Shown: piece after piece, positions 41,881 to 52,928 of the stretch | Numbering within the stretch: position 1 is the stretch's first letter | Layout of the letters: every line of letters starts with the position of its first letter | Assembly: GCA_017447185.1 (NCBI GenBank) | Contig: JAFSOC010000015.1 | Span: forward strand, 184,672 to 248,671 | From: Clostridia bacterium | Lineage (GTDB): Bacteria; Bacillota; Clostridia; Christensenellales; Aristaeellaceae | DNA length: 64,000 nucleotides | Reading direction: 5' to 3' | Made by a program: the position numbers and the translations under genes | The notes under the pieces: generated by a model | The model's input: only the letters and a program-made list of their open reading frames with translations | Databases searched by the model: none | Told to the model about the DNA's origin: nothing

Positions 41881-43106
41881 CCGAGAATCACACGGCAGAA
41901 GCCTTTTTTACCTTTCTTCAGCAAAATGCCTTCCGTGCCGATCTGCTCTGCGGACAGGACGGCAGCAACGTCAGTAACTTTCTCATTTTCAAGCGAAACA
42001 GCGTTTTGCTCGATTTGCTTGCGAGCGTCGCTCTGGCTTTTGCATAGGCCGGAACGGACCAGCATTGTGGAAACGCGCGCGTCTTCAGCCAGTTCCGCAG
42101 CGGTAACGGTAAGCGTCGGAATGTCTCCGCCGGCGGGGCCGCCGCTGAAAAGCGCTTTTGCGGCGGCTTCGGCCTGCACAGCAGCTTCTTCGCCATGGAC
42201 GAGCTTTGTTACTTCATAGGCAAGGACACGCTTGGCTTCATTCAGTTCTGCACCCTGCAGGGCACCCAGCCTGCGCACTTCATCCATGGGCAGGAAAGTA
42301 AGGAGGGCAAGGCATTTTTCAACATCTTTGTCATCTACATTCCGCCAGTACTGATAGAAATTGTAGGGTGAAGTCTTTTCCGGATCCAGCCACAGCGCAC
42401 CGGCTTCAGTTTTGCCCATTTTCCGGCCATCGTGTGTCAGCAGAAGCTGGAAGGTGCATGCAAATGCTTTCTCCTGCTCTTTCCTGCGGACAAGATCCGC
42501 ACCGCCGAGCATATTGCTCCACTGATCGTTTCCACCCATTTCAAGGCGGCAGCCATAGCGATGGAAAAGCTCGAGGAAATCATAGCTTTGCATCAGCATA
42601 TAAGTAAATTCGAGGAAACTGAGTCCGTTTTCGGATGCCATTCTGGCTTTGTAACATTCAGCTGTCAGCATTTTGTTGACGGAAAACATGGAACCGATAT
42701 CGCGCATGAAATCGATGAAATTAAGGTTGCGCAGCCAGTCAGCGTTATTGACGATGATCGCTTGCCCTTCTGAAAAATCGAGGAAGCGGGACATCTGCTT
42801 TTTGATGCATTCCACATTCTGATCGATTGATTCGGTGGAAAGCATTTTACGCATATCCGTCTTACCGGAAGGATCTCCGATCATGGCTGTTCCGCCGCCC
42901 ATAAGGGCAATCGGTTTATGCCCCGCTCTCTGCATATGAGCCATCGCCATAATCGGTATATAATGACCGATATGAAGGCTGTCAGCCGTAGGATCAAAAC
43001 CGACATAAAACACAGTCGGGGACTTAAGCTGTTCATACAGTTCGTCTTCAAAGGTTGTCTGCGCAATAAATCCGCGGTCTTTCAGGATATCAAGAATATG
43101 TTCCAT
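41877..43106 (-). CDS. tyrS: tyrosine--tRNA ligase
   Basis: [13 protein letters not shown] and KMGKT motifs; C-terminal S4 domain. Confidence 0.98.
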   Translation of the reverse strand: MEHILDILKDRGFIAQTTFEDELYEQLKSPTVFYVGFDPTADSLHIGHYIPIMAMAHMQRAGHKPIALMGGGTAMIGDPSGKTDMRKMLSTESIDQNVECIKKQMSRFLDFSEGQAIIVNNADWLRNLNFIDFMRDIGSMFSVNKMLTAECYKARMASENGLSFLEFTYMLMQSYDFLELFHRYGCRLEMGGNDQWSNMLGGADLVRRKEQEKAFACTFQLLLTHDGRKMGKTEAGALWLDPEKTSPYNFYQYWRNVDDKDVEKCLALLTFLPMDEVRRLGALQGAELNEAKRVLAYEVTKLVHGEEAAVQAEAAAKALFSGGPAGGDIPTLTVTAAELAEDARVSTMLVRSGLCKSQSDARKQIEQNAVSLENEKVTDVAAVLSAEQIGTEGILLKKGKKGFCRVILG

Positions 43107-43126
43107 TTTACTGTTTCCTCCTGTAC

Positions 43127-44308
43127 TCAGATAGTTTCGCCAACAAGATCTTTCAGTACATTCATTCCGGTTTCGATCTGCTCCAGCGTGCTGTTGGAGA
43201 AATTCAGCCGGATCGTATTTGTGTGCCCGCCGCCGACACAGAAATGTGTGCCGGGTACAAAAGCGACCTTTTTCTCTATTGCTTTATCCAGGAGATCTTT
43301 CGCATTCAGATGTTCCGGCAGCTCAGCCCAGATGAACAGTCCGCCCTGCGGTCTGGTATACCTGACGCTTCCGGGGAATTCTCCCAGCTTGGAAAGCATG
43401 AATTTCATCTTTTCACCGTAATTCGCGCAGATCTTCTGAATATGGGCGGGAAGGAGATTCCTCCGGAGGAACTGGTCCACGACAGCCTGATTCAGATTTG
43501 CTGTATGAACATCCGTGGACTGCTTTCCAACCGTACATTTCCGGATGATTTCAGAGTCTCCAGCAATATATCCGACACGAAGCCCTGGAGAAATGATTTT
43601 GCTGAAACTGCCAAGGAAAACGACCCAGCCATCCTGGTCAAAACTTTTGATGGAAGGAAGGGGTGTTCCCTCATAACGGAGATCCCGATATGGATCGTCT
43701 TCAGCAACAACCATATGGTACTGATTGGCGAGCTCGGCAATTTTCCTTCTTCTTTCAGCCGGCAGCGTTTTTCCGGAAGGATTCTGGAAAGTCGGTATGG
43801 TATACAGGAGCTTGGGATGGTACTGACGGATCTTGGATTCCAGATCTACCATGATCATTCCGTCTTCATCGCTCTCAACGGGAACAAGATTGGCCTGATA
43901 AAGTTTCAGACATTGCATGTTGCCAAGGAAAGAGGGGTTTTCAACCAGTACGGTATCCCCGGGATCAATGAGCGCTTTGCTCAGAAGATCCATGGCCTGG
44001 GTGGAACCGGTCACAGGCAGCAGATCCGGAATGGCGCAACCCAGCTGCGAACGGACATATTCCTTCAGGCTTTCGCGGAAGGGAGCATAACCTTCTGTGG
44101 CGCCATACTGAAGAAGGGCCTTTCCGTTCTCGAGAAGCACCTGATCTGCGATTTCACGGACAGTATCATCCGGAAGGGCTTCCGGAGCAGGATTGCCGCC
44201 GGCAAAAGAGATCATGCCCGGCTGTGCAATTACTTTAAAAATTTCGCGAATTGCGCTTCCGGATACCTGATCAAACCGGTGTGCAAAAGGATACCTGGAT
44301 GTACTCAT
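43127..44308 (-). CDS. PLP-dependent class I aminotransferase (LysN/Aro8-like), probably aromatic
   Basis: FAGGNP, FQNPSG, EDDPY and [13 protein letters not shown] motifs; first gene after a Tyr T-box. Confidence 0.88.
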   Translation of the reverse strand: MSTSRYPFAHRFDQVSGSAIREIFKVIAQPGMISFAGGNPAPEALPDDTVREIADQVLLENGKALLQYGATEGYAPFRESLKEYVRSQLGCAIPDLLPVTGSTQAMDLLSKALIDPGDTVLVENPSFLGNMQCLKLYQANLVPVESDEDGMIMVDLESKIRQYHPKLLYTIPTFQNPSGKTLPAERRRKIAELANQYHMVVAEDDPYRDLRYEGTPLPSIKSFDQDGWVVFLGSFSKIISPGLRVGYIAGDSEIIRKCTVGKQSTDVHTANLNQAVVDQFLRRNLLPAHIQKICANYGEKMKFMLSKLGEFPGSVRYTRPQGGLFIWAELPEHLNAKDLLDKAIEKKVAFVPGTHFCVGGGHTNTIRLNFSNSTLEQIETGMNVLKDLVGETI

Positions 44309-44327
44309 TTGCATCTCTCCTTTCAAT

Positions 44328-44568
44328 AAAGAAACCGCAGTTCAGCCGGAAGGCGATGAACCGCGGTACCACTTCCATTCTGCGGGATCAGAGAGAATCC
44401 CGCACTCAACAAGCTGTAACCGGCAGACCGGATCTGCCCTAATCAGACAAAGGATCCTTTCAGGCAAATAGCTCCGGGATGTACTTCCCCGCAGAAGCGA
44501 ATGCTTTTTCACACCGGCCAAAAGCTCTCTGAAAACGCAGTCCGGGGTACTCTTCCCATCATTGCAGA
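44328..44568 (-). promoter_or_regulatory. T-box riboswitch, Tyr (UAC) specifier
   Basis: AGUA/GAA loop, AGAGA and GGUG-GAA-like stem I motifs, GAAG-TAC-ATCCC specifier (44481-44483), T-box TGGTACCGCG and terminator; TTGACA-N17-CATAAT promoter at 44576-44604. Confidence 0.92.
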
Positions 44569-44712
44569 TAAACATATTATGCGTTCAAAGGCTTGTTCTG
44601 TCAAGCCATTTTCAACTTGATTATATAATTTAAATCTTGTATAATTATATGAATCCTTTTTCATCTCCCGGACTGTGAATGCAGGACCGGAATGCACGGG
44701 AGGAATGATTTC

Positions 44713-45063
44713 ATGGAATGCAAGATTAAGAATGATCTCGGAACAATCTACATTGCAGAAGACGTAATGATGAAAGTAGTAGGATATGCTGCCCTTGAGT
44801 GCTACGGGATTGTTGCTATGTCCGGCAAGAAAGCCACAGACGGTATTGTGGAATGGCTTGGCCGTGAAAATCTTTCCAAAGGCGTCCAGATCCGCAATGT
44901 CGGAGACATGCTGGACGTTGACCTTTATATCATTGTGGAATACGGGATCTCCATATCCGAAGTCTGCAAAACAATTGTTGAAACAGTACGCTACAAGCTT
45001 GAGAGCATGACGGGAGTCAAAGTCCGCAAGGTAGGCGTTTCAGTCGAAGGAATCCGGATCTGA
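44713..45063 (+). CDS. Asp23/Gls24 family protein (YloU-like)
   Basis: ECYGIVAM, IIVEYG and V.VEG motifs; precedes the DAK2 gene; TTGATT-N17-TATAAT at 44617-44645. Confidence 0.92.
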   Translation: MECKIKNDLGTIYIAEDVMMKVVGYAALECYGIVAMSGKKATDGIVEWLGRENLSKGVQIRNVGDMLDVDLYIIVEYGISISEVCKTIVETVRYKLESMTGVKVRKVGVSVEGIRI

Positions 45064-45105
45064 TTCCAGGCGACGTAAATCTGTAAATGACGGAGGAATA
45101 TTCCT

Positions 45106-46791
45106 TTGATACAGTTCAAAACGATTGACGGTCTTCTTTTGCGGGATATGATCATGGCCGGCACAGCTTTGCTTGAAAAAAACCGCGAAGCGGTTGACGC
45201 GCTGAATGTATTCCCGGTTCCGGACGGAGATACCGGGACAAATATGTCCCTTACCATGCAGTCTGCATGCCGCGAAGTCAACAGCAAGGAATTCCTGCGC
45301 GCCGATGAGGCTGCGAATGCGCTGGCAAAAGGTGCGCTGAAAGGTGCCCGCGGTAATTCCGGGGTTATCACCAGCCAGCTGCTCCGCGGTTTTGCAAAAG
45401 CGCTGAACGGGGTCGAAAAAATCACACCTGTGCAATTTGCACAAGCCCTTACCAAGGGATCCGAGATGGCGTATAAAGCTGTTATGAAGCCGAAAGAAGG
45501 AACAATACTGACGGTTGCCAGAATTGTTGCGGAAGATGCACTGAAACAGGCCAATAAGGATCCGAATGATTATGATAAACTCTTTACGGTAATCCTGAAG
45601 AGCGGCGAAGCGATCCTGAAAAAGACCCCGGACATGCTTCCGGCACTGAAACAGGCAGGGGTTGTCGACTCCGGCGGACGGGGACTGATGCTGATTTACC
45701 AGGGTTATGCAGCAGTTCTGCGTGGTGAGGATATTAATCTTACCGAAACCGGGATGGAGGATGATTTTTCTGCGGTTTCCGATGACTGCCATGATCTGAG
45801 TAAAGATCTTACATATTCTTATTGCGTGAATTTTACCCTGAGTCATTTCCGTGAAGACTGCGATGAACACGATATCGATTCCTTCCGCCGCAGGCTTAAC
45901 CGGATTGGTGACAATGTTTCCGTAAACGGTGACCTCACAAAAGCAGAAATTCATGTCCATACAGACAATCCCGGTTCCGCACTGGAATACGGTGTTGAAC
46001 TGGCAGAAATTTCAGATGTCCGTATTGACAATCTGCTGGAGATGAAGCGACAGTTCGATAAAGAACACAACCCGAATGCCGCATCCGAAGGAGAAGGAAT
46101 GGAGAGCGCAGATGGTACACCTGCAGCGGCCGAGAAGCGTTACGGGTTTGTTGCTGTTTCTCTTGGTGCCGGATTCTCCCAGTTCTTTGCGGATTTGAAT
46201 GTAGACAAGATTGTGGAAGGCGGACAGACAATGAATCCGTCTGTTGATGATCTTCTGAATGCTGTGAATCAGGTTCCTGCAGAATGTGTGTTCATTCTTC
46301 CGAATAACGGGAATGTTATCTTTGCGGCGAACCAGGCAGCGGAACTTTCCGGGAAGGATGTACGGGTTATTCCGACGAAAAATGTTGCTATGGGCATTGC
46401 GGCCGCAATTGCGTTTCAGAACGATCAGGAACCCGATGAAAACGTACGCCGGATGGATGAGGCATCCCAGCACGTAAAAACCGCAATGGTCACCTATGCG
46501 ATCCGGGACAGCGAATATAATGGCATTCAGATCAAACAGGGAGATATTATCGGACTGCATAACGGCCAGATCGAATTCTCCGGTTCTTCCATTCATGATG
46601 TTGTGATGGAAATGATGAAAAGCATTATTACAGATGAGGATGAACTGATTACCGTTTACTATGGTGCGGATGTTTCAGAAGCGGATGCAGAAGCCATCTC
46701 CTCTGATATTGAAAAATCCTATGACTTTTGCGATGTCGAATGCCATAATGGTGGACAGCCGCTGTATTACTATCTGATTTCCGTGGAGTAA
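45106..46791 (+). CDS. fakA: DAK2-domain fatty acid kinase subunit (YloV/FakA)
   Basis: LNVFPVPDGDTGTNM, GARGNSG, GGQTMNPS and GGQPLYYY motifs. Confidence 0.92.
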   Translation: MIQFKTIDGLLLRDMIMAGTALLEKNREAVDALNVFPVPDGDTGTNMSLTMQSACREVNSKEFLRADEAANALAKGALKGARGNSGVITSQLLRGFAKALNGVEKITPVQFAQALTKGSEMAYKAVMKPKEGTILTVARIVAEDALKQANKDPNDYDKLFTVILKSGEAILKKTPDMLPALKQAGVVDSGGRGLMLIYQGYAAVLRGEDINLTETGMEDDFSAVSDDCHDLSKDLTYSYCVNFTLSHFREDCDEHDIDSFRRRLNRIGDNVSVNGDLTKAEIHVHTDNPGSALEYGVELAEISDVRIDNLLEMKRQFDKEHNPNAASEGEGMESADGTPAAAEKRYGFVAVSLGAGFSQFFADLNVDKIVEGGQTMNPSVDDLLNAVNQVPAECVFILPNNGNVIFAANQAAELSGKDVRVIPTKNVAMGIAAAIAFQNDQEPDENVRRMDEASQHVKTAMVTYAIRDSEYNGIQIKQGDIIGLHNGQIEFSGSSIHDVVMEMMKSIITDEDELITVYYGADVSEADAEAISSDIEKSYDFCDVECHNGGQPLYYYLISVE

Positions 46792-46798
46792 AGCAAGG

Positions 46799-48808
46799 AT
46801 GAATCTTGACGATCTGGAAGGCATCGGGCCCGCACGGCTGGAGGCATTACGCGCAGTGGGAATTCTCTCATTGCGCGATTTATTGTTTACGCTGCCCGTA
46901 CGATATGAAGATCATCAAACCGTTTTTTCCTGTTCTGAAAAGACTCCCGGAAATATTCTTGTTTCGGGAATATTCAGTGATTCTCTGAAAAAAGTGTATT
47001 TTAACGGCGTTTCAAGGGTGCAGGGAAGTATATCTGATGATTCTGGAAAGCTTTCTGTATGCTGGTATAACGAACCGTGGATTACGCAGCAAATTCATGT
47101 AAATGAACCGGTCCGGCTCTACGGACGCCTCTCTGTTAAAAATGGAAGAAGGACCCTGCAGAATCCGAAGATTGTTACAGATGCCGGCTGGATGCCGGTC
47201 TACAAATCCCTGAGAAAGTTCCCGGCCAAATCTTTCCGCAATGCCATTGAAGCAGCATTGAAGAATCTGGAAGACTGCTGCCCGGAGACGCTTCCAGCCG
47301 GTTTCCGGATTGAAAACCGGCTGTGCGAACTGAATTTTGCACTTCGTGAAGCGCATTTTCCTTCCAGCATGCAGAATCTGGAAATCGCCCGAAGAAGACT
47401 GTCTTTCGAGAAAATCATGCTTTATCTGCTGTATATATCAAAAATCAGGCAGAACAGGCGTCCGGCGCCGGCCTTGAAGATCAGCAGTATCCAGGCAGAT
47501 TTGTTCTGGTCACTCTTTTCTTTCAGTCCGACAAATGATCAGAAAAAAGTTTTACTGGATATTTCTGAAGATCTTCAGAATGATCACGCAATGGCAAGGC
47601 TGGTCCAGGGGGATGTTGGGTGCGGCAAAACAGCCGTAGCGTTCGGCGCGGCTTTTTTGACCTGTTTTGCGGGTTATCAGGCCTGCATGATGGCTCCTAC
47701 GGAAATACTGGCTACACAGCACTATGAGAATGCCAAAGAAGTGTTTAAACCCTACAGCATTTCCTGCCGGCTGCTGACAGGAAGCACAAAAGCAAAGGAA
47801 AGGAAAAAAATCCTGGAAGAACTGGCGGACGGGACTTGCCAGATTCTCTTTGGTACACATGCGCTGATCAGCAAAGATGTTTGTTATTCCAAACTGGGTC
47901 TTGTCATAACAGATGAGCAGCATCGGTTTGGTGTGAACCAGCGGTCAGCTCTGCAGGATAAAGGAACTACAGAAGAACAGATCAGCCCGCATGTGCTTGT
48001 TATGTCCGCCACACCGATCCCGAGAAGCTTGGCTCTGATTCTTTACGGAGACCTGGATATCTCTGTGATCAGGGAGCTTCCAAGAGGCCGGATTCCGGTG
48101 AAAACACATCTGGTTCCTGAAACGAAAAGGGAAGATATGTATGGCTTTCTGAAAAAAGAAGTTCAAAAAGGGCGACAGGCATATATTGTATGTCCGATGG
48201 TAGAAGATTCTGATCAGGCAGATGAACTTCGCAGCGCAAAAAGCGTTTATAAATCCCTTCAGGCGTCGTCACTGAAAGATTTACGAATCGGGCTGACATG
48301 GGGAAATCAGAAAAGCGTCGAAAAAGAGCAGATTCTGAGGGATTTCAAGGATGGAAAATACGATATTCTTGTTTCCACTACTGTGATTGAAGTCGGAATT
48401 AACAATCCCAACGCGACCATCATGATTATCGAAAATGCTGAAAGATTCGGCCTGAGTCAGCTTCATCAGCTACGCGGAAGAGTGGGCAGAGGGACAGAGG
48501 AAAGCTGGTGTTTCCTGCTTTCAGATCATACGGAGAAACTGCAGATTCTTTGCAAAACCAATGATGGATTTGAAATATCGAGAAAAGATCTTGCAATCAG
48601 AGGGCCCGGAGATCTACTGGGGACACGGCAATCCGGTGAGGCGGATTCCACTTTTGCTTTCACAGGAGATTCACTGCTGATTGAGGAAGTGTCTGCTGCT
48701 GTGAAAAAGCTGCATCAGGATCCGTCACAGAAGGAAACACTGAATATTCTGGAAAACTATGCTGATGACTATTTTGCCTGTTCAGAAAGAGAAATCGCGC
48801 TGAATTAA
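46799..48808 (+). CDS. recG: ATP-dependent DNA helicase RecG
   Basis: QGDVGCGKT, DEQHRFG, MSATPIPR and QLRGRVGRG motifs. Confidence 0.96.
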   Translation: MNLDDLEGIGPARLEALRAVGILSLRDLLFTLPVRYEDHQTVFSCSEKTPGNILVSGIFSDSLKKVYFNGVSRVQGSISDDSGKLSVCWYNEPWITQQIHVNEPVRLYGRLSVKNGRRTLQNPKIVTDAGWMPVYKSLRKFPAKSFRNAIEAALKNLEDCCPETLPAGFRIENRLCELNFALREAHFPSSMQNLEIARRRLSFEKIMLYLLYISKIRQNRRPAPALKISSIQADLFWSLFSFSPTNDQKKVLLDISEDLQNDHAMARLVQGDVGCGKTAVAFGAAFLTCFAGYQACMMAPTEILATQHYENAKEVFKPYSISCRLLTGSTKAKERKKILEELADGTCQILFGTHALISKDVCYSKLGLVITDEQHRFGVNQRSALQDKGTTEEQISPHVLVMSATPIPRSLALILYGDLDISVIRELPRGRIPVKTHLVPETKREDMYGFLKKEVQKGRQAYIVCPMVEDSDQADELRSAKSVYKSLQASSLKDLRIGLTWGNQKSVEKEQILRDFKDGKYDILVSTTVIEVGINNPNATIMIIENAERFGLSQLHQLRGRVGRGTEESWCFLLSDHTEKLQILCKTNDGFEISRKDLAIRGPGDLLGTRQSGEADSTFAFTGDSLLIEEVSAAVKKLHQDPSQKETLNILENYADDYFACSEREIALN

Positions 48809-48821
48809 CCTTGCTAATACT

Positions 48822-49973
48822 TCAGTCCTCCATAAATTCGACCAGGACAGAATTCTGGAGATCCATTCCTTTCCGGGTCAGGGACCATGCGCCGCCTGAA
48901 TACTGCATCAGGCCGTCCTTTACCATTTTTTTCAGTGTCTCTTCGTAACAGGAATCAATGGAAATGCCATGTAATTCCATAAACCTTTCCGGCCGGATGC
49001 CACGGTTCATCCGCAGGGACAGCATCAGCGTCTCAAATCTTGTGTCTTCCGGGGATACATGCTCTTCTGTAAAAAAATCCTGGCCGTTGTATACCATTTT
49101 CAGGTATTGATCCATAGCTTCAGGATTGGTTCTGCGGATACAGAATAATCCTCTTTCATTTTTCGCGGTTATCCGCATTGAAGAAGCGGACAGACCGAGT
49201 CCAATATACTGCTCCTGGGTCCAGTATCCGATATTGTGACAACATTCATGGCCGGGCAGCGCAAAATTGGAGATCTCATACTGTTCAAGTCCGTGCTTTT
49301 TCAGTTTCCGGATGGCGAGGTCATACATTTCACGTTCAGTCTCCGGTTCGGGAAGGGTCAGTTCACCTTGCTGCAACCGTTTCCATAGAGGAGTGTCTTC
49401 TTCCGGAATCAGCCCGTACGCACTGATATGCTGCGGACAAAGGGAAAGAGCAGCGTCCAGGGTTTCCTCCCAGTCACTGATGGTTTGGCCTGGAATGCCA
49501 AAAATCAGATCCAGGTTCAGGTTAGAAACAGAGTATTTTCTGGCGATCTGAACAGATTCTTTGACAGCACTGAAATCATGGATTCGTCCCAGTGTCTTCA
49601 AAAGATGATTCTGATATGCCTGCATGCCATAGGAAATCCGGTTGATTCCCAGATCGGAAAGCGCTTCAATGAAAGGAACGGTAATGGTTCCTGGATTCGC
49701 TTCTATGGAAAATTCCGTGCATTCATCCATAGGAAAGAGCTCACGCAATCCGTTAACAAGGCGACGAAGCTGTTCCGGGGAAAGAAGTGAAGGCGTCCCT
49801 CCGCCGATATATGCTGTTTTAACCGGTTCATCTGAAAAAGACTTTCTTATTTCAGCTTCCCGCAGCAGAGCCCCGATATATTCATTTTTCTGAATGTCTG
49901 ATGATGGAAATGAAATAAACGAGCAATACTCACATTTCTTTGCGCAGAAGGGGATATGTACGTAAATTTCCAT
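48822..49973 (-). CDS. hemW: radical SAM heme chaperone HemW (HemN-like)
   Basis: YVHIPFCAKKCEYC, GGGTPS, YEISNF and HN..YW motifs. Confidence 0.92.
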   Translation of the reverse strand: MEIYVHIPFCAKKCEYCSFISFPSSDIQKNEYIGALLREAEIRKSFSDEPVKTAYIGGGTPSLLSPEQLRRLVNGLRELFPMDECTEFSIEANPGTITVPFIEALSDLGINRISYGMQAYQNHLLKTLGRIHDFSAVKESVQIARKYSVSNLNLDLIFGIPGQTISDWEETLDAALSLCPQHISAYGLIPEEDTPLWKRLQQGELTLPEPETEREMYDLAIRKLKKHGLEQYEISNFALPGHECCHNIGYWTQEQYIGLGLSASSMRITAKNERGLFCIRRTNPEAMDQYLKMVYNGQDFFTEEHVSPEDTRFETLMLSLRMNRGIRPERFMELHGISIDSCYEETLKKMVKDGLMQYSGGAWSLTRKGMDLQNSVLVEFMED

Positions 49974-50485
49974 GGCCTCTCCTTTAAAACGGTTGCATCA
50001 GGCATGGCAAGATTTTGAAGCATTAATCCGCATCGGATTGCATACCGTACAGTAAACCAGGTTCCACCTTCAAAACGGGTCATATAGCATATGCACAGTG
50101 AAGAGGAATCCACCATGAAACGGTTTCGGTTCTGCATACATCCGGAATAATAGAAATCAGACAGGATGTTTTTTTCATCTGCCTGGAGAAGAATCGACTG
50201 ATAGATACTGCGTTCTTCTTCCGGCCAGCGATCCGCCTGGGAAAGACATGGGACTGCAATTACAAGTTTTAAATCCCCGTGGGTTTTCCTGAACCGGATG
50301 ACTTCCAGAGCTGCAAGGGTGTCAAACCCGCGGGCACCACCGCAGATAAAGATCCTGTATCCGTTTTCGTAGGCACTGTGAACAGCTTCCAGGATTTTTT
50401 TCTGCAGCAGGAAGCGTTCCGCTTCGGGGATGTCCCTGTGTCCGGAAAAACATACGGTGCTGGATTTATCAAAGTGTCTTTCCAT
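49847..50485 (-). CDS. DUF1273/YpsA-like SLOG protein (3' end uncertain)
   Basis: CFSGHR, GGARGFD, RNRFMVD and GGT motifs. Confidence 0.85.
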   Translation of the reverse strand: MERHFDKSSTVCFSGHRDIPEAERFLLQKKILEAVHSAYENGYRIFICGGARGFDTLAALEVIRFRKTHGDLKLVIAVPCLSQADRWPEEERSIYQSILLQADEKNILSDFYYSGCMQNRNRFMVDSSSLCICYMTRFEGGTWFTVRYAIRCGLMLQNLAMPDATVLKERPWKFTYISPSAQRNVSIARLFHFHHQTFRKMNISGLCCGKLK

Positions 50486-50489
50486 ACTG

Positions 50490-52289
50490 TCAGTCCATCT
50501 TCAGCACGGCGAGGAATGCTTCGCTGGGAACCTGTACTGTTCCGAACTGCCGCATGCGTTTCTTGCCTTCCTTTTGCTTTTCAAGCAGCTTCTTTTTACG
50601 CGTAATATCTCCGCCATAACATTTGGCAAGAACATCCTTCCGCATGGCTTTTACAGTTTCACGGGCGATCACTTTTCCGCCGATTGCGGCCTGGATCGGT
50701 ATTTCAAACATCTGACGCGGGATCACATCCTTCAGTTTTTCAGCGATGCCGCGTCCCCTCGCATATGCCTTGTCACGGTGAACAATAATGGAGAATGCAT
50801 CACAAAGATCCCCGTTCAACAGAATGTCCAGCTTGACGAGATCACTCTCACGATAATCTTTCAGTTCATAATCGAAAGAAGCATATCCGCGGCTGCGGCT
50901 TTTTATCTGGTCAAAGAAGTCAAAAATGATCTCGTTGAGAGGGAGGTCATAATTCAGTTTAACACGGTTCCCTTCATACTGCATGTCAATAAATACACCG
51001 CGTTTGTCCTGACACAGTTCCATCAGCGTTCCTACTGAATCCTGCGGTGTATAAATTGTCGCATGCACAAAAGGTTCTTCCATATAGTCGATTTCACCGG
51101 CCGGAGGAAGATTTGTCGGATTATCAATCATCAGTACAGTTCCGTTGTTTTTTACAACCTTGTAGATTACGCTCGGAGCGGTTGTCACAAGGTTGAGGTC
51201 AAATTCACGTTCCAGACGGGTTGTCATGATATCCATATGAAGCAATCCAAGGAAACCGCACCGGAATCCAAAGCCAAGAGCCACAGAAGTTTCCGGCTCG
51301 AAGGAAAGGGAAGCATCATTCATCCGAAGCTTTTCCAGTGCATCTTTCAGAGCGGGGTAATCAGCACCGTCTGCCGGATAAATTCCACAGTAGACCATGG
51401 GGGTGACTTCCCTGTAGCCGGGCAAAGGTTCAGAGGCAGGGTTTGATGCATCTGTAATTGTATCGCCTACACGGGTGTCCCGGACATCCTTGATGGAGGC
51501 AGAAACATAACCGACATCACCGGCTCTCAGATGATCACAGGGAACATATCCGGGAGACAGATGACCGACTTCAACCACATCAAATTCCGAACCGGTTGCC
51601 ATCAGGCGCATACGCATTCCAGGGTAAATCGTTCCTTCCTTGATACGGATAAAACAGATTGCACCTCTGTAGTTGTCGTAAAAAGCGTCAAAAATGAGCG
51701 CCTGGAGCGGTGCGGATGCATCACCGGAAGGGGCTGGAATATGCCCGGCAATCGTTTCAAGCACCTCATCGATATTTTGCCCCGTTTTTGCGGATATACA
51801 GGGCGCATAGCTGGCATCAAGGCCGATGACATCTTCGATTTCAGTGCGGACTTCTTCAGGCCTTGCAGAAGGAAGGTCGATTTTGTTGATAACGGGAATG
51901 ATTTCAAGATTGTGATCAAGCGCCATATATACATTGGCCAGCGTCTGTGCTTCAATACCCTGCGTGGCATCCACAACCAGAAGAGCGCCTTCACATGCAG
52001 CTAGAGCCCTGCTGACTTCATAGGTAAAGTCTACATGGCCGGGGGTGTCTATCAGATTCAGGATATATTCATTGCCATCCTTTGCGGTGTAATTCATATG
52101 GACAGCTTTGCTTTTGATGGTGATCCCTCTTTCCCGTTCCAGTTCCATGCTGTCAAGAATCTGTTCCACCATTTCCCGTTTTTCAAAAACACCTGTTTTT
52201 TCAAGAATACGGTCTGCAAGCGTGCTTTTGCCATGGTCAATATGCGCCACAATGCAGAAATTCCGGATCCGGTTCATGTTATTTTCCAT
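50490..52289 (-). CDS. lepA: elongation factor 4
   Basis: [22 protein letters not shown] and [10 protein letters not shown] motifs. Confidence 0.98.
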   Translation of the reverse strand: MENNMNRIRNFCIVAHIDHGKSTLADRILEKTGVFEKREMVEQILDSMELERERGITIKSKAVHMNYTAKDGNEYILNLIDTPGHVDFTYEVSRALAACEGALLVVDATQGIEAQTLANVYMALDHNLEIIPVINKIDLPSARPEEVRTEIEDVIGLDASYAPCISAKTGQNIDEVLETIAGHIPAPSGDASAPLQALIFDAFYDNYRGAICFIRIKEGTIYPGMRMRLMATGSEFDVVEVGHLSPGYVPCDHLRAGDVGYVSASIKDVRDTRVGDTITDASNPASEPLPGYREVTPMVYCGIYPADGADYPALKDALEKLRMNDASLSFEPETSVALGFGFRCGFLGLLHMDIMTTRLEREFDLNLVTTAPSVIYKVVKNNGTVLMIDNPTNLPPAGEIDYMEEPFVHATIYTPQDSVGTLMELCQDKRGVFIDMQYEGNRVKLNYDLPLNEIIFDFFDQIKSRSRGYASFDYELKDYRESDLVKLDILLNGDLCDAFSIIVHRDKAYARGRGIAEKLKDVIPRQMFEIPIQAAIGGKVIARETVKAMRKDVLAKCYGGDITRKKKLLEKQKEGKKRMRQFGTVQVPSEAFLAVLKMD

Positions 52290-52923
52290 TATTCCCTCCG
52301 GGCTGATTAAACTTTTTCCCAAGCCTGTTTTCTTTGCCTTGAATCAATCTGGCGATATTGGCATGATGCCGTGCAACACACATAATCATCAGCAGGAAAG
52401 CCCAGACAATAATGCAGGCATTTCCCTGGCTGAAAATGAAAGACAGTCCTGCGAAGGAAATGACCAGCAGCATACTTCCGACAGAAATATAACGGAAAAG
52501 GGCAATTACCAAAATTGTCAGAGCGATACAGATCAGTGCGTAAACAGGGAAGCAGAAAAGCATTACGCCGCCTGTTGTTGCAACGCCTTTTCCTCCGCGA
52601 AAACCGAAGAAAACGGGCCAGTTATGACCGATGACACAGAAGAGTCCGGCAAGCAGAACAACAAAGCGCGCGTTCGGATGACCTCCGCAGATCCACTGTG
52701 CAATCAGACAGGAGAGGACACCCTTGATGACATCAAAGAAAAAAGTGATCAGGCCATATTTCCATCCCATAGTGCGCTGTACATTGCTCGCACCGGTGCT
52801 TTTGCTTCCGACCGTATGAAGATCAGGGCCGTTGGCAATTTTGGAAATGATGATTCCGCCGGACAGAGAGCCCAGCAGGTAGGCAATCAGGCAAGAGAGA
52901 ATAATTTTGATTTCAAAAGCCAT
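52279..52923 (-). CDS. plsY: glycerol-3-phosphate acyltransferase
   Basis: [22 protein letters not shown] and RH..NI.RL motifs. Confidence 0.95.
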   Translation of the reverse strand: MAFEIKIILSCLIAYLLGSLSGGIIISKIANGPDLHTVGSKSTGASNVQRTMGWKYGLITFFFDVIKGVLSCLIAQWICGGHPNARFVVLLAGLFCVIGHNWPVFFGFRGGKGVATTGGVMLFCFPVYALICIALTILVIALFRYISVGSMLLVISFAGLSFIFSQGNACIIVWAFLLMIMCVARHHANIARLIQGKENRLGKKFNQPGGNNGK

Positions 52924-52928
52924 GGGTG

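Noticed and set aside
43223-44329. 368-aa plus-strand ORF; similar ORFs at 11163-12092, 45040-45960 and 52108-53025
   Set aside because: Each lies antisense to a clearly identified gene and shows no family signal
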